DNA of 64,000 nt from Candidatus Gottesmanbacteria bacterium (lineage in GTDB: Bacteria > Patescibacteriota > Microgenomatia > UBA10105 > UBA927): assembly GCA_016214885.1 (NCBI GenBank), contig JACRMP010000005.1, forward strand, positions 6,725 through 70,724, written 5' to 3'. The notes below the pieces were generated by a model. That model did no database searches and was not told the origin of the DNA. It saw only the letters and a program-made list of their open reading frames with translations. Position numbers and translations under genes: made by a program. Of the stretch, positions 29,807-39,725 are shown piece after piece. The first letter of the stretch is position 1. Each line of letters begins with the position of its first letter.

Positions 29807-31838
29807 CGGGTTTATCTTTCTTTTTTTTCTTGTTCTTTTTAAGCGGTGTGGAACGTGGTTTCCCGTGCTCCCTGAGGGCAGTTAAATACCAAATGATAGA
29901 TAATAAAAGCCAGGAGGGCTCCCTCCCGGCATCTACCCCGAACTCCTGAGTGGTATCCGTGTTGCGCGAGGCCTTTACCGCCTCGGCAGGATACGCCTGA
30001 TTGTACTTTCCGAAATCCACGAGCCACCACACGATGACGGCAATACTTAACGAACGGGCGGTCATATATATTTTCTTCTCATCTTCCGTTATTGTTCCGG
30101 AGACACTCTCTTTGAGAATAACAGGTGGCGGCGGTGCTTCATTTCCGGAAATCTTTTTTCTCTTAATCCGCGGGGGCGTTACATCACGCGAAAAGTGCCG
30201 CAGCATACGAAGGAGTTTTTCCATAACCATTGCGGGAAACACTTTGGTAACTTTTTCCCCGCTGCTTTGTTGCTGCAGCAGCTCACGCGTCGCCTGCCGC
30301 ACTTGACCTGCTTCAACCGGAACAGTCCGCAACACACGCTTTCCCGCCTTCTTTTCATTAAGCCCGCGGAGTAATCCCATAATCGTACGGACCGATAATG
30401 GTTTCTTTTTTTCCTTTCCCGGGGGTTTTTGCGGCAGTATTTCATCCGGAGTTTTTTTGCGAAACAGAGCCGCTTCGGGGATAACAAGCCGGGGTGTTTC
30501 CCGTGGAGCCGTCAGCCAAAGAATGATTGCCGCAGGAACCACTGCCGCACTTTCCTTATAGCGGAGAAGGGATTTGGTTATCCACCATTCTGCAGCTATT
30601 ACTTTCATGGACTCGGATGAGGCAGTTGTTGGGGCAACAGCAATACCTACCCGCTCCGACCGAACCGCTGCCGCAACAGCAAGCGGACTCACCTCTGTCG
30701 GGCTTTTGGTCGATACATTAAGCCTGCTATCTTTCGCTGCGGGCTGTTTATCGCTCTTTTCTTTAGGTGATGCAAATTGGTTAATCTTCCGGTCTATCTG
30801 TTCGCGCAAAAAAGTCCCCAGCTCAACCATGGAATGGGACATATCCCTGGCAATAGTGCTACCCATATCCGGGAGTGTTTTGCGGGAGGAAATATTCTCA
30901 CCGGAAACTGATTCGTAATATTCCATAGCCTGCGCTATGGCTATTGTCCGTATGTCCTCATCATGAACTTCCTTTTCGTAAATAAAAAAATGGGCATACG
31001 CTGCGGCATCCGGCCCAGTGCTGCCCAGCTGCTCGTTATGAAATGATGCGAGATGCTCAATAAATTTTTCCCCTTCTTCGTGGGTAAAATCCCTGCCGGT
31101 AGTTTTATACAAATCAACCTGTTTGGAAACAACACTCCCATCATCCGTTTTTTGCCAAACCTGCACATACCGCACCGCGTCAGGATGGGAAAGTACGCTG
31201 ACAAATCCTCTAGCACTCCCGTCGATAAACTCGTTCTGCATGGTTATCTGGGCTTTGTGTTCTTCCGGATTGTAGGCTGCCGGATTCCCGGTAAATTCCG
31301 CGTACTGGCGGGTGTGCTCCCATAATTCTGAAAGGGTAACCATTTTATCGCCGTATGCAGTAGCTAACTCCCAATTACCCTCCGCTGTCTGTACGGGTTG
31401 CCAATGAACAACAGATTCTTCATGGGCAATTTCCTTGTGTTCATACGACAGATCCTGCGCCAAACGTTTCTCAAAACGCTCTACTGCCGCTTGCTTTACC
31501 TGATCGACAGTCCACTGCGGATGCTCACGGGCGACCTCCGGTTCAATAAAATTTATCAGAGAGTAGGAAGCGGCATCTGAACTAAATGAATGGTCGCCGC
31601 GCCACACGGGGGGCTCATTTTCTTCAGTGGTATCACGGAGTACTGCAATACCCCGAAGCGTCATCCGGTCCGCATACCGCTCGCGGGCATCACGGTCTTC
31701 GGTTGTACGCGTATTAATTCCGGAAGATATAAAATATTCGGGAGAGGGTTTCTCCATACATAAACCTCCTGCTCGGGATACAGATAAGGGGGAGTTCCGG
31801 ACTATTCCGATAATCATCGGATTACACCGTTGCGGCAC
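29748..31838 (-). CDS. large hypothetical protein with C-terminal TM helix and poly-Lys tail (start probably internal, MEKPSPEYF near 31757)
   Basis: 696-aa ORF co-directional with and upstream of the VirD4-like gene. No conserved catalytic motif recognised. Confidence 0.4.
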   Translation of the reverse strand: MPQRCNPMIIGIVRNSPLSVSRAGGLCMEKPSPEYFISSGINTRTTEDRDARERYADRMTLRGIAVLRDTTEENEPPVWRGDHSFSSDAASYSLINFIEPEVAREHPQWTVDQVKQAAVERFEKRLAQDLSYEHKEIAHEESVVHWQPVQTAEGNWELATAYGDKMVTLSELWEHTRQYAEFTGNPAAYNPEEHKAQITMQNEFIDGSARGFVSVLSHPDAVRYVQVWQKTDDGSVVSKQVDLYKTTGRDFTHEEGEKFIEHLASFHNEQLGSTGPDAAAYAHFFIYEKEVHDEDIRTIAIAQAMEYYESVSGENISSRKTLPDMGSTIARDMSHSMVELGTFLREQIDRKINQFASPKEKSDKQPAAKDSRLNVSTKSPTEVSPLAVAAAVRSERVGIAVAPTTASSESMKVIAAEWWITKSLLRYKESAAVVPAAIILWLTAPRETPRLVIPEAALFRKKTPDEILPQKPPGKEKKKPLSVRTIMGLLRGLNEKKAGKRVLRTVPVEAGQVRQATRELLQQQSSGEKVTKVFPAMVMEKLLRMLRHFSRDVTPPRIKRKKISGNEAPPPPVILKESVSGTITEDEKKIYMTARSLSIAVIVWWLVDFGKYNQAYPAEAVKASRNTDTTQEFGVDAGREPSWLLLSIIWYLTALREHGKPRSTPLKKNKKKKKDKPGAAGNVSWPSSGVIFVYGS

Positions 31839-31890
31839 AGTCCCCGGATCTCACGGGGTTCCTCGATCCCTTACAAATACTAGAACTCTT

Positions 31891-32442
31891 TTACTTCTTT
31901 TTTTCATTCCGGTCAATACCGGACCATGTCACTTCCACTATTCCTGCTTCGTGGTTGATAAACCTCGCCAGCATGAAAAATAAATCAGACAGGCGGTTAA
32001 GGTAAATAAGTATCCGTGCGTCAACGGGCTGTTTTTGCCCCAATGATACCGTCTGGCGCTCAACCCTGCGGCACACCGCCCTCGCCAGGTGGATTTCACT
32101 CGCTAGCTTGGTTCCTCCGGGAAGGATAAAATTTGTTAACTTCGGCAACGTGTCATCCAACACGTCTATCCGCTCTTCCATTTCCCCCACTCTCCGGGGC
32201 AATTCCTTAAGATCTGCTTTCCAACCTGCCAGATGGCTCCCTATCGTAAACAAATCTGATTGGATAGAAGATAAAAACACCTGTACATCAGGGGATTCCA
32301 GTTCGCTGGAGACTTTTCCGATCCATGAATTAAGCTCATCAATGGATCCGTAGACATCGACAAGCTCTTCACATTTAAGCACGCGCTTGCCGCCAAAAAG
32401 AGACGTGGATCCGCTGTCACCGGTTTTGGTATATATAGGCAT
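31891..32442 (-). CDS. PduO-type ATP:cob(I)alamin adenosyltransferase
   Basis: MPIYTKTGDSGSTSLFGGKRVLKCEELVDVYGSIDELNSWIG matches the PduO/MMAB N-terminal signature. Confidence 0.8.
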   Translation of the reverse strand: MPIYTKTGDSGSTSLFGGKRVLKCEELVDVYGSIDELNSWIGKVSSELESPDVQVFLSSIQSDLFTIGSHLAGWKADLKELPRRVGEMEERIDVLDDTLPKLTNFILPGGTKLASEIHLARAVCRRVERQTVSLGQKQPVDARILIYLNRLSDLFFMLARFINHEAGIVEVTWSGIDRNEKKK

Positions 32443-32451
32443 GAGTCTAGT

Positions 32452-34926
32452 TTAGCACTCTGAATAACCGCAGGAATAACATTTCTTGCAGGATTCCTCA
32501 AAAACCAGACTTCCTTCGCCGCACGAAGGACAAAGGTCTACTGTTACCATCCGCCGCTCGGTAAGCATCATGTGCGTAGCCGGTACTGTCATGGGTTTAT
32601 CCGCCGGCTCTACATTCGGCGCAGGTGCTACGGCAACCGCCGGCACACCAATTAATGCTGATCCGTGCCCGTTGCCGTTCCCGTTTGCCGTATGGCCATT
32701 TACGGGAGTAGCCTGCGGGTTTGCCAGCGGTGCATCGACCCGGTGCTTGGCAAAGAAACCAAAATGACGGTCTATGGCTTTTGCCACTGCGTCCGGAAGG
32801 GATCGCACCCTGTTTTCCCCAAATCCGAGACTTCTGGCACCGCCTATTCCGATAAGCTCACTTGCCACCCGGTGCGCACGTTCCATAGGAGAAATGGGCG
32901 AGGCCACACGCAAAACAAGAGAAATTAGCCTTCCCATCGCCTCAGCCATAGCGGTCACATCACTTCCTGCTTTACCGACATTTACAAATACTTCAAGCGG
33001 CTGCTCACCGCCGTTGGTATTAATGGTGATATACGCCTGACCCATTGGTGTTTCGATCTGATACGTTGACCCGTGTACCACTGCAGGCCTGGGCTTCACT
33101 TCCGCATTAAGCATGGGGGCTGCCACCTGTTTTATTTCCTCCTTTTTGGGCTCCTCTTCTTTGCGGGTGAGGACTCCTTCACGGCTTCCTTCCCGCATAT
33201 ATGCTATTCCCTTACAACCCAACTCATAAGCCAGCGTATACAGCCTTTTTACATCTTCTACCGTATGGGTTTTAGGAGCATTCACCGTTTTAGAAATAGA
33301 GGCATCGACATACTCCTGGATCGCTGCCTGGACGCGGACATGGTCTTCCGGCGTAAGGTCGTTTGCGGATACAAAATATTCAGGGCGCTCCGATTTGTCG
33401 GGATCCTTTCCATGCTCGGCTTTATATGCCTGAAGCCATGCTTCATACAGCGGATGCCGGAGAATGTGCTCTCCCAAACGGTCACGCCGTATGAATTCAA
33501 ATTCATACACCGGCTCAATACCGCTGGATACTCCCGCCATGAGCGACGTTGATCCCGTAGGCGCCTGCTGCAATACCATTGAATTACGTATACCGTGGCG
33601 CTTCATTTTTTTACGGATTGTTTCCGGAAGTTTTTTGATGAAATAGGCTTCTACGTGCTTGGCCTTATTTATCTTAGGAAACGCTCCCTTTTCGCGAGCA
33701 AGATCTACCGATGCATCGTATGCCGCATCCCGTATAGTGCTGTAGATTTTATCTATCACCGCAAGACTCTCTTCAGACCCATACCGGAGCTTCATTTTAA
33801 TGAGCGCATCTCCCAATCCCATAGTGCCGAGGCCGATACGGCGCTCACCATGAAGCTGGACTTCTTTTATCTGGTCGAATATATAAAAATCAGCATCGAT
33901 AATATTATCCTGGAACCGGACGCCGACACGGGCAACTTGGATTAAGCGCTCATAATCAAATTCCCCTTTGTCGTTAACGAGAGCCGCAAGGTTTATGGAA
34001 GTTAAGTTGCACACTCCCCAATTCGGCAGTCCTTCTTCTCCGCAGGGATTGACGCAGTTTACATACTCAAAATAAGAATTATTAAACCATTTATTGTAGC
34101 GCTCCATAAACACCACGCCGGGTTCTGCACTCTTCCAAGCGGCAGTTGCTACCAGATCCCACAGTGCACGCGCCTTTATCGTTTTATGAACGATGGGCTT
34201 CTTACCTAACGCTATCCAGTTGGGGAGGTACCCATCCCATTTAGTATCGTAGTCGGGATCCTTAGGATCAGGGAACATTAGCTGCCAATCGCCGTCTTTT
34301 TTCACCGCGTCCATAAACGCATCAGACACACACACGGAAAGATTTGCACCGTTAATGCGGGCCAGATCCTGTTTTACGGTAATAAACTCTTCGATATCCG
34401 GATGCCAGTCCCACAACATGAGCATGAGCGCCCCTCTGCGGCTTCCGCCCTGCTGGATGATATCTTTGGTGGCAACGGAAAATAATTCAGCCCAATTACA
34501 GGGACCCGATGAGAAACCGTTTACTTTCTGCACCCGTGCCCCCCGGGGACGCAGAGAAGAAAGATTTATACCCACGCCTCCACCGCGCGACATAATCTCC
34601 ACCATCTGCGACAGGGTGGTAAGTATTCCTCCGCGTGAATCGTGGGGACTTGGGATAACAAAGCAGTTATAAAACGTGACCTTATACCCGGTTCCCAATC
34701 CGGAAAGTATACGGCCGCCGGGTACTAATACAAAATCCCGCAGTGCGTCATAAAATTTTTCCTCCCAAACTTTCCGGTTTTCCTTTTTTTCCTGAAGGGC
34801 AGCAGCTCCCGCGACCCGCCGCCACATTTCTTCAGGGGTCTGCTCAATCGCCTCTCCCTTATCGTTCTTCAATGCATAACGGTCGGTGAATACTGTTTTA
34901 CGGATTCCGGTAAAGTTTGTGTCCAT
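32452..34926 (-). CDS. nrdJ: adenosylcobalamin-dependent (class II) ribonucleotide reductase NrdJ with C-terminal Zn-ribbon
   Basis: Conserved class II RNR regions (VPGGRILSGLG, NCFVIP, MSRGGGVGINLSSLRPRG, LMLMLWDWHPDIEEF) and a C-terminal CPSCG...CKKCYSCG motif. Confidence 0.9.
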   Translation of the reverse strand: MDTNFTGIRKTVFTDRYALKNDKGEAIEQTPEEMWRRVAGAAALQEKKENRKVWEEKFYDALRDFVLVPGGRILSGLGTGYKVTFYNCFVIPSPHDSRGGILTTLSQMVEIMSRGGGVGINLSSLRPRGARVQKVNGFSSGPCNWAELFSVATKDIIQQGGSRRGALMLMLWDWHPDIEEFITVKQDLARINGANLSVCVSDAFMDAVKKDGDWQLMFPDPKDPDYDTKWDGYLPNWIALGKKPIVHKTIKARALWDLVATAAWKSAEPGVVFMERYNKWFNNSYFEYVNCVNPCGEEGLPNWGVCNLTSINLAALVNDKGEFDYERLIQVARVGVRFQDNIIDADFYIFDQIKEVQLHGERRIGLGTMGLGDALIKMKLRYGSEESLAVIDKIYSTIRDAAYDASVDLAREKGAFPKINKAKHVEAYFIKKLPETIRKKMKRHGIRNSMVLQQAPTGSTSLMAGVSSGIEPVYEFEFIRRDRLGEHILRHPLYEAWLQAYKAEHGKDPDKSERPEYFVSANDLTPEDHVRVQAAIQEYVDASISKTVNAPKTHTVEDVKRLYTLAYELGCKGIAYMREGSREGVLTRKEEEPKKEEIKQVAAPMLNAEVKPRPAVVHGSTYQIETPMGQAYITINTNGGEQPLEVFVNVGKAGSDVTAMAEAMGRLISLVLRVASPISPMERAHRVASELIGIGGARSLGFGENRVRSLPDAVAKAIDRHFGFFAKHRVDAPLANPQATPVNGHTANGNGNGHGSALIGVPAVAVAPAPNVEPADKPMTVPATHMMLTERRMVTVDLCPSCGEGSLVFEESCKKCYSCGYSEC

Positions 34927-34928
34927 AG

Positions 34929-35384
34929 TTATTTCTTTTTAATTAATTTTCTAAGCTCCCCCTCGAATTCATCGAGGTCTACAAATTGTTTAAATACACT
35001 TGCAAATCTTATATAAGCTATCTTATCCAGTTTTTTAAGTCGCTTAGCCACCAATTCACCAATTTTCTTGCTCGTCATCTCGGTGGAGTTGCCGCCGATA
35101 AGCTCCCGCTCTACCTCATCCACAATTCTTCTGATGTCGCTTCCCTTGAGTGTTGTTTTGCCGCTTGCCCGCCAAATCCCGCGCTCCAGCTTCTCCCGGT
35201 CAAACGGCTCTCTTCTTGCGTCCTTTTTGATTACGGTCAATGGTACTGTTTCAATCCGTTCGTAGGTGGTAAACCGCTTCTCACATTTGCTGCAGCTTCT
35301 TCTTCTCCTCGTTACCGCAAGATCCTCACTGTCGCGTGTTTCTATAACCTCGGTGTCAGTATTAGTACAATAAGGACATTTCAT
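34929..35384 (-). CDS. nrdR: transcriptional repressor NrdR (Zn-ribbon + ATP-cone)
   Basis: MKCPYCTNTDTEVIETR...CSKCEKRFTTYERIE followed by an ATP-cone. The gene is 3 nt upstream of nrdJ. Confidence 0.92.
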   Translation of the reverse strand: MKCPYCTNTDTEVIETRDSEDLAVTRRRRSCSKCEKRFTTYERIETVPLTVIKKDARREPFDREKLERGIWRASGKTTLKGSDIRRIVDEVERELIGGNSTEMTSKKIGELVAKRLKKLDKIAYIRFASVFKQFVDLDEFEGELRKLIKKK

Positions 35385-35680
35385 TGGTGCTCTTCTCTTT
35401 TGGAACAGTATGTCGTGAAACCTCTAAACACTAAGTGTGGTGTGCTATGAAATCCTAAGGCACTAATAGTGGGGCGTCAACTGGCAACTTCTATATCAAA
35501 ATCACCCAATATAAAAAGCCAGCCTCGTGAAATTTTTTTGAGGGAAAAGTACGGTGAATATTGCCTAAAAAAATCAGATAAATTCTTTGTTTAGTGTTCC
35601 CAGATAAAGAAACAGTCATGTTTCACAATCGCGGGATATACACCTCTGTCTATCTATATATAGGTATCTGTACACCTTTA

Positions 35681-36232
35681 TTATTTAACTTCCAGTAATA
35701 ATTTGGCAACGCGCGCACGGAGTGCCACTACAGCATCTGCACTCTCGCCGGCCATACGCAACACCTCCGCATGCTTATCTATGGATAAATTAATTTTTTC
35801 AATTATGTGCCCCGGAATGGTGCTCCCCGCCTTCTTGTATGCCTCAAGAAAATTGATTGCCTGAACCCGTGAAGCGAGTGATTCGGCAAACGCCGTCTTT
35901 GCCTCGCTTGTTTTACTCAGATTCTTAAGACTTACCCCCATATTAAGCTTTTTATCAGCCTGCAGAATATAGAATTCACCCTTACTCAGCGGATCGGCAA
36001 TAAGCATTTCTATAATCCTGTCCCGGAGGGTTTTGAAAAAATACATGGGGTGCGTGGGCAATATGCCTGGATAAGGAAGAATATACTCAACAGGCCCAGG
36101 AGTCGGAGTGACTGTGGGCATCGGGATAGCCGTAGGCTTCACCCCAGCCGGCGTAACCGCAAAAACCTCATGGGTAAAAAACAGAGGCACGATAAGGGTG
36201 AGGCACATAAACAACCTGATTATTTTTTTCAT
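35681..36232 (-). CDS. secreted hypothetical protein (signal peptide, Pro/Thr-rich linker)
   Basis: MKKIIRLFMCLTLIVPLFFTHEVFA signal peptide. No catalytic motif. Confidence 0.45.
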   Translation of the reverse strand: MKKIIRLFMCLTLIVPLFFTHEVFAVTPAGVKPTAIPMPTVTPTPGPVEYILPYPGILPTHPMYFFKTLRDRIIEMLIADPLSKGEFYILQADKKLNMGVSLKNLSKTSEAKTAFAESLASRVQAINFLEAYKKAGSTIPGHIIEKINLSIDKHAEVLRMAGESADAVVALRARVAKLLLEVK

Positions 36233-36242
36233 ATATCCCTCC

Positions 36243-36821
36243 TTAGTGAGATACGTTCATTGTACTCGTTTCGGTTGTATTGGCAAGTTTTGCTACATCT
36301 TCGGGTGCCACACGAAGAACACCGCAAACTTCCGTCTCCAGTGCTTTTACCAAAGGATAGCTCCGGTCGAGCACGTCACGCGCTGTCGCGGGCAAGTTCT
36401 CACTTCTCCACAAAGCAAAGCGCTGATCAACCGTGATAATCTCGTGCTTCACCATTTTGTCAGACAGATAAAGTAATTTCTGCTCAATGGAACGGGGTGC
36501 TATATTCTGATCGAGAATGGCATGGAGAGGATGTGTTTTGACGAGGTCGGCAATCAGCGGATAACCTGCCGCAGTAAGGATCCTTACCCCTGCATCCGGA
36601 TGCTGTTCATGAGGCAACTTGGGAACCATTTTATCAATATCATGAAGCAACGCGGCCGCCTCCAGAAGCGGTATGTTTATCTCTTTTACAGATCCTTCTG
36701 CCATTAACCGCTGGGCAAACCACACTGCCAGCCTGGCTACCAGCATGCAATGATTACGTTTCAGCGGGGGCAAGTTATGGGTATTCCATAACGCATCTAT
36801 TTTCTGCCGGGTCGGTATCAT
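36243..36821 (-). CDS. HD-domain phosphohydrolase
   Basis: H...HDIDK...D motif pattern of the HD superfamily. Confidence 0.7.
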   Translation of the reverse strand: MIPTRQKIDALWNTHNLPPLKRNHCMLVARLAVWFAQRLMAEGSVKEINIPLLEAAALLHDIDKMVPKLPHEQHPDAGVRILTAAGYPLIADLVKTHPLHAILDQNIAPRSIEQKLLYLSDKMVKHEIITVDQRFALWRSENLPATARDVLDRSYPLVKALETEVCGVLRVAPEDVAKLANTTETSTMNVSH

Positions 36822-36910
36822 TATGATAATTTTGACAAATTATAAAATAATAATTAAACAATCTAAGTATTCAATAATGAATACTATATATACCCATGAG
36901 GTATCTCCGC

Positions 36911-37525
36911 CTATTCCGCTTTGGGTTGACCGTTTAATTTGTAATACCCGATGGCCTGAAGCACCAATTCCAACGTTTGACCGGGTCCGTGAGAATAGGT
37001 ATTGATAACCAGGTCATAATACTTCGGATCCCAAAAATCCGAAACTCCGTACAACCGCTTCCATTTACCGATATTGGCATCTTCCCGCTCGCGTAGGTGG
37101 GTCTTTGCCTCCTCCACCGTCGCGTTATCCCGATTAACTATCCGGTCGATACGCAATGAGTCGTCGCACATCAACAACACCTTAAGAACGTGTGAATATC
37201 CCCTGGCATTCCATCCTGCAATCCAGCTTTCTACCGCCATATGGGTTTCCGGTTTGGCGATCTTTTCCCGTAGCGCCTGATCGATCTGGAAGTCCACCTC
37301 GTCTCCGTAATCAGTCGCCAGATGATGCTTGGGATCGTTCGGATCATGCTTACCGAGCTTGATGGAATACTGACGGGACCATTCCCCGCCGGAAAAAAAC
37401 TCCCACCCTAACGGCTCCAGGTGCGGACGGAGATTTTTAAGAAGCGTACTGCGACCGGCTCCGGGGCGCCCTGATATCGCGACACTGGAATACTTCAGGG
37501 TGACGGCCTTGGTCGGTTGATCCAT
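36911..37525 (-). CDS. P-loop nucleoside/nucleotide kinase-like protein
   Basis: Walker A ISGRPGAGRSTL near the N-terminus. Size and pattern resemble the cytidylate/adenylate-kinase-like family. Confidence 0.5.
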   Translation of the reverse strand: MDQPTKAVTLKYSSVAISGRPGAGRSTLLKNLRPHLEPLGWEFFSGGEWSRQYSIKLGKHDPNDPKHHLATDYGDEVDFQIDQALREKIAKPETHMAVESWIAGWNARGYSHVLKVLLMCDDSLRIDRIVNRDNATVEEAKTHLREREDANIGKWKRLYGVSDFWDPKYYDLVINTYSHGPGQTLELVLQAIGYYKLNGQPKAE

Positions 37526-37562
37526 ACACGTATTATAGAATCCAAACAGAGCGAGTCAAGGG

Positions 37563-38213
37563 ATGCAAAAGAATACCCCCTGCTATACGCCGGTAATGAT
37601 TGACAAAATACGGTATTCCAATACATACTATGTCATGCGAATTCACTACCTATCCGTCGGCTGGAAAGACTACCACGCCCTCTCCCAAAAAATTGCGGCC
37701 GCAATTCTTTCTCACGAAAAACCCTTTGATATTATCGTGGCAATTGGCAGGGGCGGACTCACTTTCGGACACCTGCTTTCAGATTTTTTGCGCATTCCGA
37801 TTAGCTCCATCACCATCCAAAGCTATACGGACATCCAGAAACAGGGGGAAGTGCATATCACGCAGGAACTGTCTTCCAGCATCGATAAAAAACGGGTGCT
37901 CCTCGTTGATGATATTGCCGACACGGGTACTACCCTCAAACGGGCATTAGCATATCTTAAAACATTTCATCCTTCAGCCATCACTACGGCAACCATATTT
38001 TATAAACCGCATTCCAGCCTGCGCCCTGATTACTTTGCCAAGCAAACGAAACAGTGGATTCTCCAACCGTTTGAAGTGACGGAATGGGTATATACGTTCA
38101 CCAAAAAAATGACGGAGGAAGGCAAATCAAAAGCAGAAATCCAGGCATTCCTCGAACAACTCGGCTACTCCGCCGACCAGATAAAGTTTGTACGCCGCCA
38201 TCACCTAAAGTGA
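37563..38213 (+). CDS. type I phosphoribosyltransferase-domain protein (purine PRTase-like)
   Basis: PRPP-binding motif VLLVDDIADTGTTL. Confidence 0.7.
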   Translation: MQKNTPCYTPVMIDKIRYSNTYYVMRIHYLSVGWKDYHALSQKIAAAILSHEKPFDIIVAIGRGGLTFGHLLSDFLRIPISSITIQSYTDIQKQGEVHITQELSSSIDKKRVLLVDDIADTGTTLKRALAYLKTFHPSAITTATIFYKPHSSLRPDYFAKQTKQWILQPFEVTEWVYTFTKKMTEEGKSKAEIQAFLEQLGYSADQIKFVRRHHLK

Positions 38214-38215
38214 TA

Positions 38216-39649
38216 TTACTTAGCGACTGATCCGTTTACTGAATCAAATCTGCCGATTACCCGGGGAAATTTGTTTGGTGTTCCGGAATTACTCACGGTC
38301 AGACTGACCGCACCGTTAGCGCCGAAATTAGCACTTTCTTCAGAACCGACTGCCACCCAATCTGTATCGCTATCTCCCGTCCGGTACCAAGCTCGATACG
38401 AATTTCCCACACGGGTCAACCGGAGTGTTGCTGCCTTTAACGTGGTCGGGACATCCACGCTCGCCCGCTCGGCAAGCGTACCGTCTGGGGCTCGCACCAC
38501 AAACACTATTTTACTTATATCTTTTCCTGCAACCCACCGTACCACCGCCGCCTCATCATCCACTGAACCCGCCGAGACAAACCGGAGGCCGGCATATCCT
38601 ACCCCATCCCCCACGACCGCAGGTTTGTATAGTTTTGCCTGCAGCGCAAAGTCTTTCCCCTCCGGAATAACCGGCTGTGTGCGGGTGAGGATCGCGTGGC
38701 GGCCTTTCCCTTCCAGCGCGCCTGACGGCATGGACATAATCAAATTATCGTTTTTATTTTCGTACACCTGGGCTCCGTCTGCCCTGCTCACTTTCCAGCT
38801 GGCGCCTATGTTGCCATTGGCAAAAGCATCAGAAAAGCTTTTTTTGGTAGACGGATCCCCTTCCCAGGCTATAGAGATTTGATCAAGCCTGCCCGCCACT
38901 TTCGGAAATTTACCAGCTACTCCACCGTTATGGGTGGATATTGATATACTCCCTTCATTACCCAGTGATGCATCTGTTTCATTACCGAGCGCCACCCAGT
39001 TCTTATCTCCCGTTGTATCGTTTCCAACTTTATAAAATGCCCGATAGCGTTTGTTTATGCGGTCAAGACGAAGGACGGCAATATTGCTTTTGACCTCGGC
39101 CTGCTGTGTTTCCATCCTTTTTCCGTCTGCGCCGTTTACCAAAAACGAAATTTTACTTGAGTCTTTGCTCACCTGCCACCTCACCACAGCCGCCTCATCA
39201 TCATCTTCGCCTTTGGATGAAAACCGGATTGCGGTTATTCCGGTTCCTTCGCCGGTAACAATCGGCTTATATACCACGGCCACTGCCCGGAAGTCGCCGT
39301 TATTTTTAAACAGTTCTTTATAGGTAAGCGTACCAGCTTTCACTTTACCTCCGACGCTTCCCTCATTCACATCAACCCGCAGATTGTCTGCTTCTGTTTC
39401 CGCAACAGTGACTCCGTCGGTTTTTGCCACGGTCCAGACATCTTCATTTACTACCCCATCCTTAAACGGATCCATAAACGATTCCGTCACTTTAGGATTT
39501 GCCTGTGATGCCTTCGTTTTATTTATGGTAGTCACCAGATCGGAAAAACTTCCGCTCAATACAAACACGGAAGCCAGAATCACCAACAGGGTAACAAAGG
39601 ACACTACGGACACGAGATTCAGTGATGCAGGGGAAGATGCTTTTGCCAT
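38216..39649 (-). CDS. membrane-anchored surface protein with two tandem ~200-aa homologous domains
   Basis: N-terminal TM anchor and an internal duplication (VVYKPIVTGEGTGITAIRFSSKGEDDDEAAVVRW... vs AKLYKPAVVGDGVGYAGLRFVSAGSVDDEAAVVRW...). Confidence 0.45.
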   Translation of the reverse strand: MAKASSPASLNLVSVVSFVTLLVILASVFVLSGSFSDLVTTINKTKASQANPKVTESFMDPFKDGVVNEDVWTVAKTDGVTVAETEADNLRVDVNEGSVGGKVKAGTLTYKELFKNNGDFRAVAVVYKPIVTGEGTGITAIRFSSKGEDDDEAAVVRWQVSKDSSKISFLVNGADGKRMETQQAEVKSNIAVLRLDRINKRYRAFYKVGNDTTGDKNWVALGNETDASLGNEGSISISTHNGGVAGKFPKVAGRLDQISIAWEGDPSTKKSFSDAFANGNIGASWKVSRADGAQVYENKNDNLIMSMPSGALEGKGRHAILTRTQPVIPEGKDFALQAKLYKPAVVGDGVGYAGLRFVSAGSVDDEAAVVRWVAGKDISKIVFVVRAPDGTLAERASVDVPTTLKAATLRLTRVGNSYRAWYRTGDSDTDWVAVGSEESANFGANGAVSLTVSNSGTPNKFPRVIGRFDSVNGSVAK

Positions 39650-39725
39650 ACTATAATTACTCCTTTGCTCTTACTCCAGTAAACAATGTTCGTGGATGTA
39701 TGTCAATAAAAACTGTACGGAACCA

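Noticed and set aside
29748-31838. Calling the 696-aa protein a relaxase/MOB partner of the VirD4-like ATPase
   Set aside because: No HUH or tyrosine relaxase motifs (no HxH...Y pairs in the expected arrangement) could be identified by eye. It is left as hypothetical.
32452-34926. Possible intein or insertion in the 824-aa nrdJ
   Set aside because: The length is within the range of monomeric class II RNRs that carry a C-terminal Zn-ribbon. No Hint/endonuclease block (no C/S...HN splice junction context) is visible, and the sequence reads as continuous RNR.
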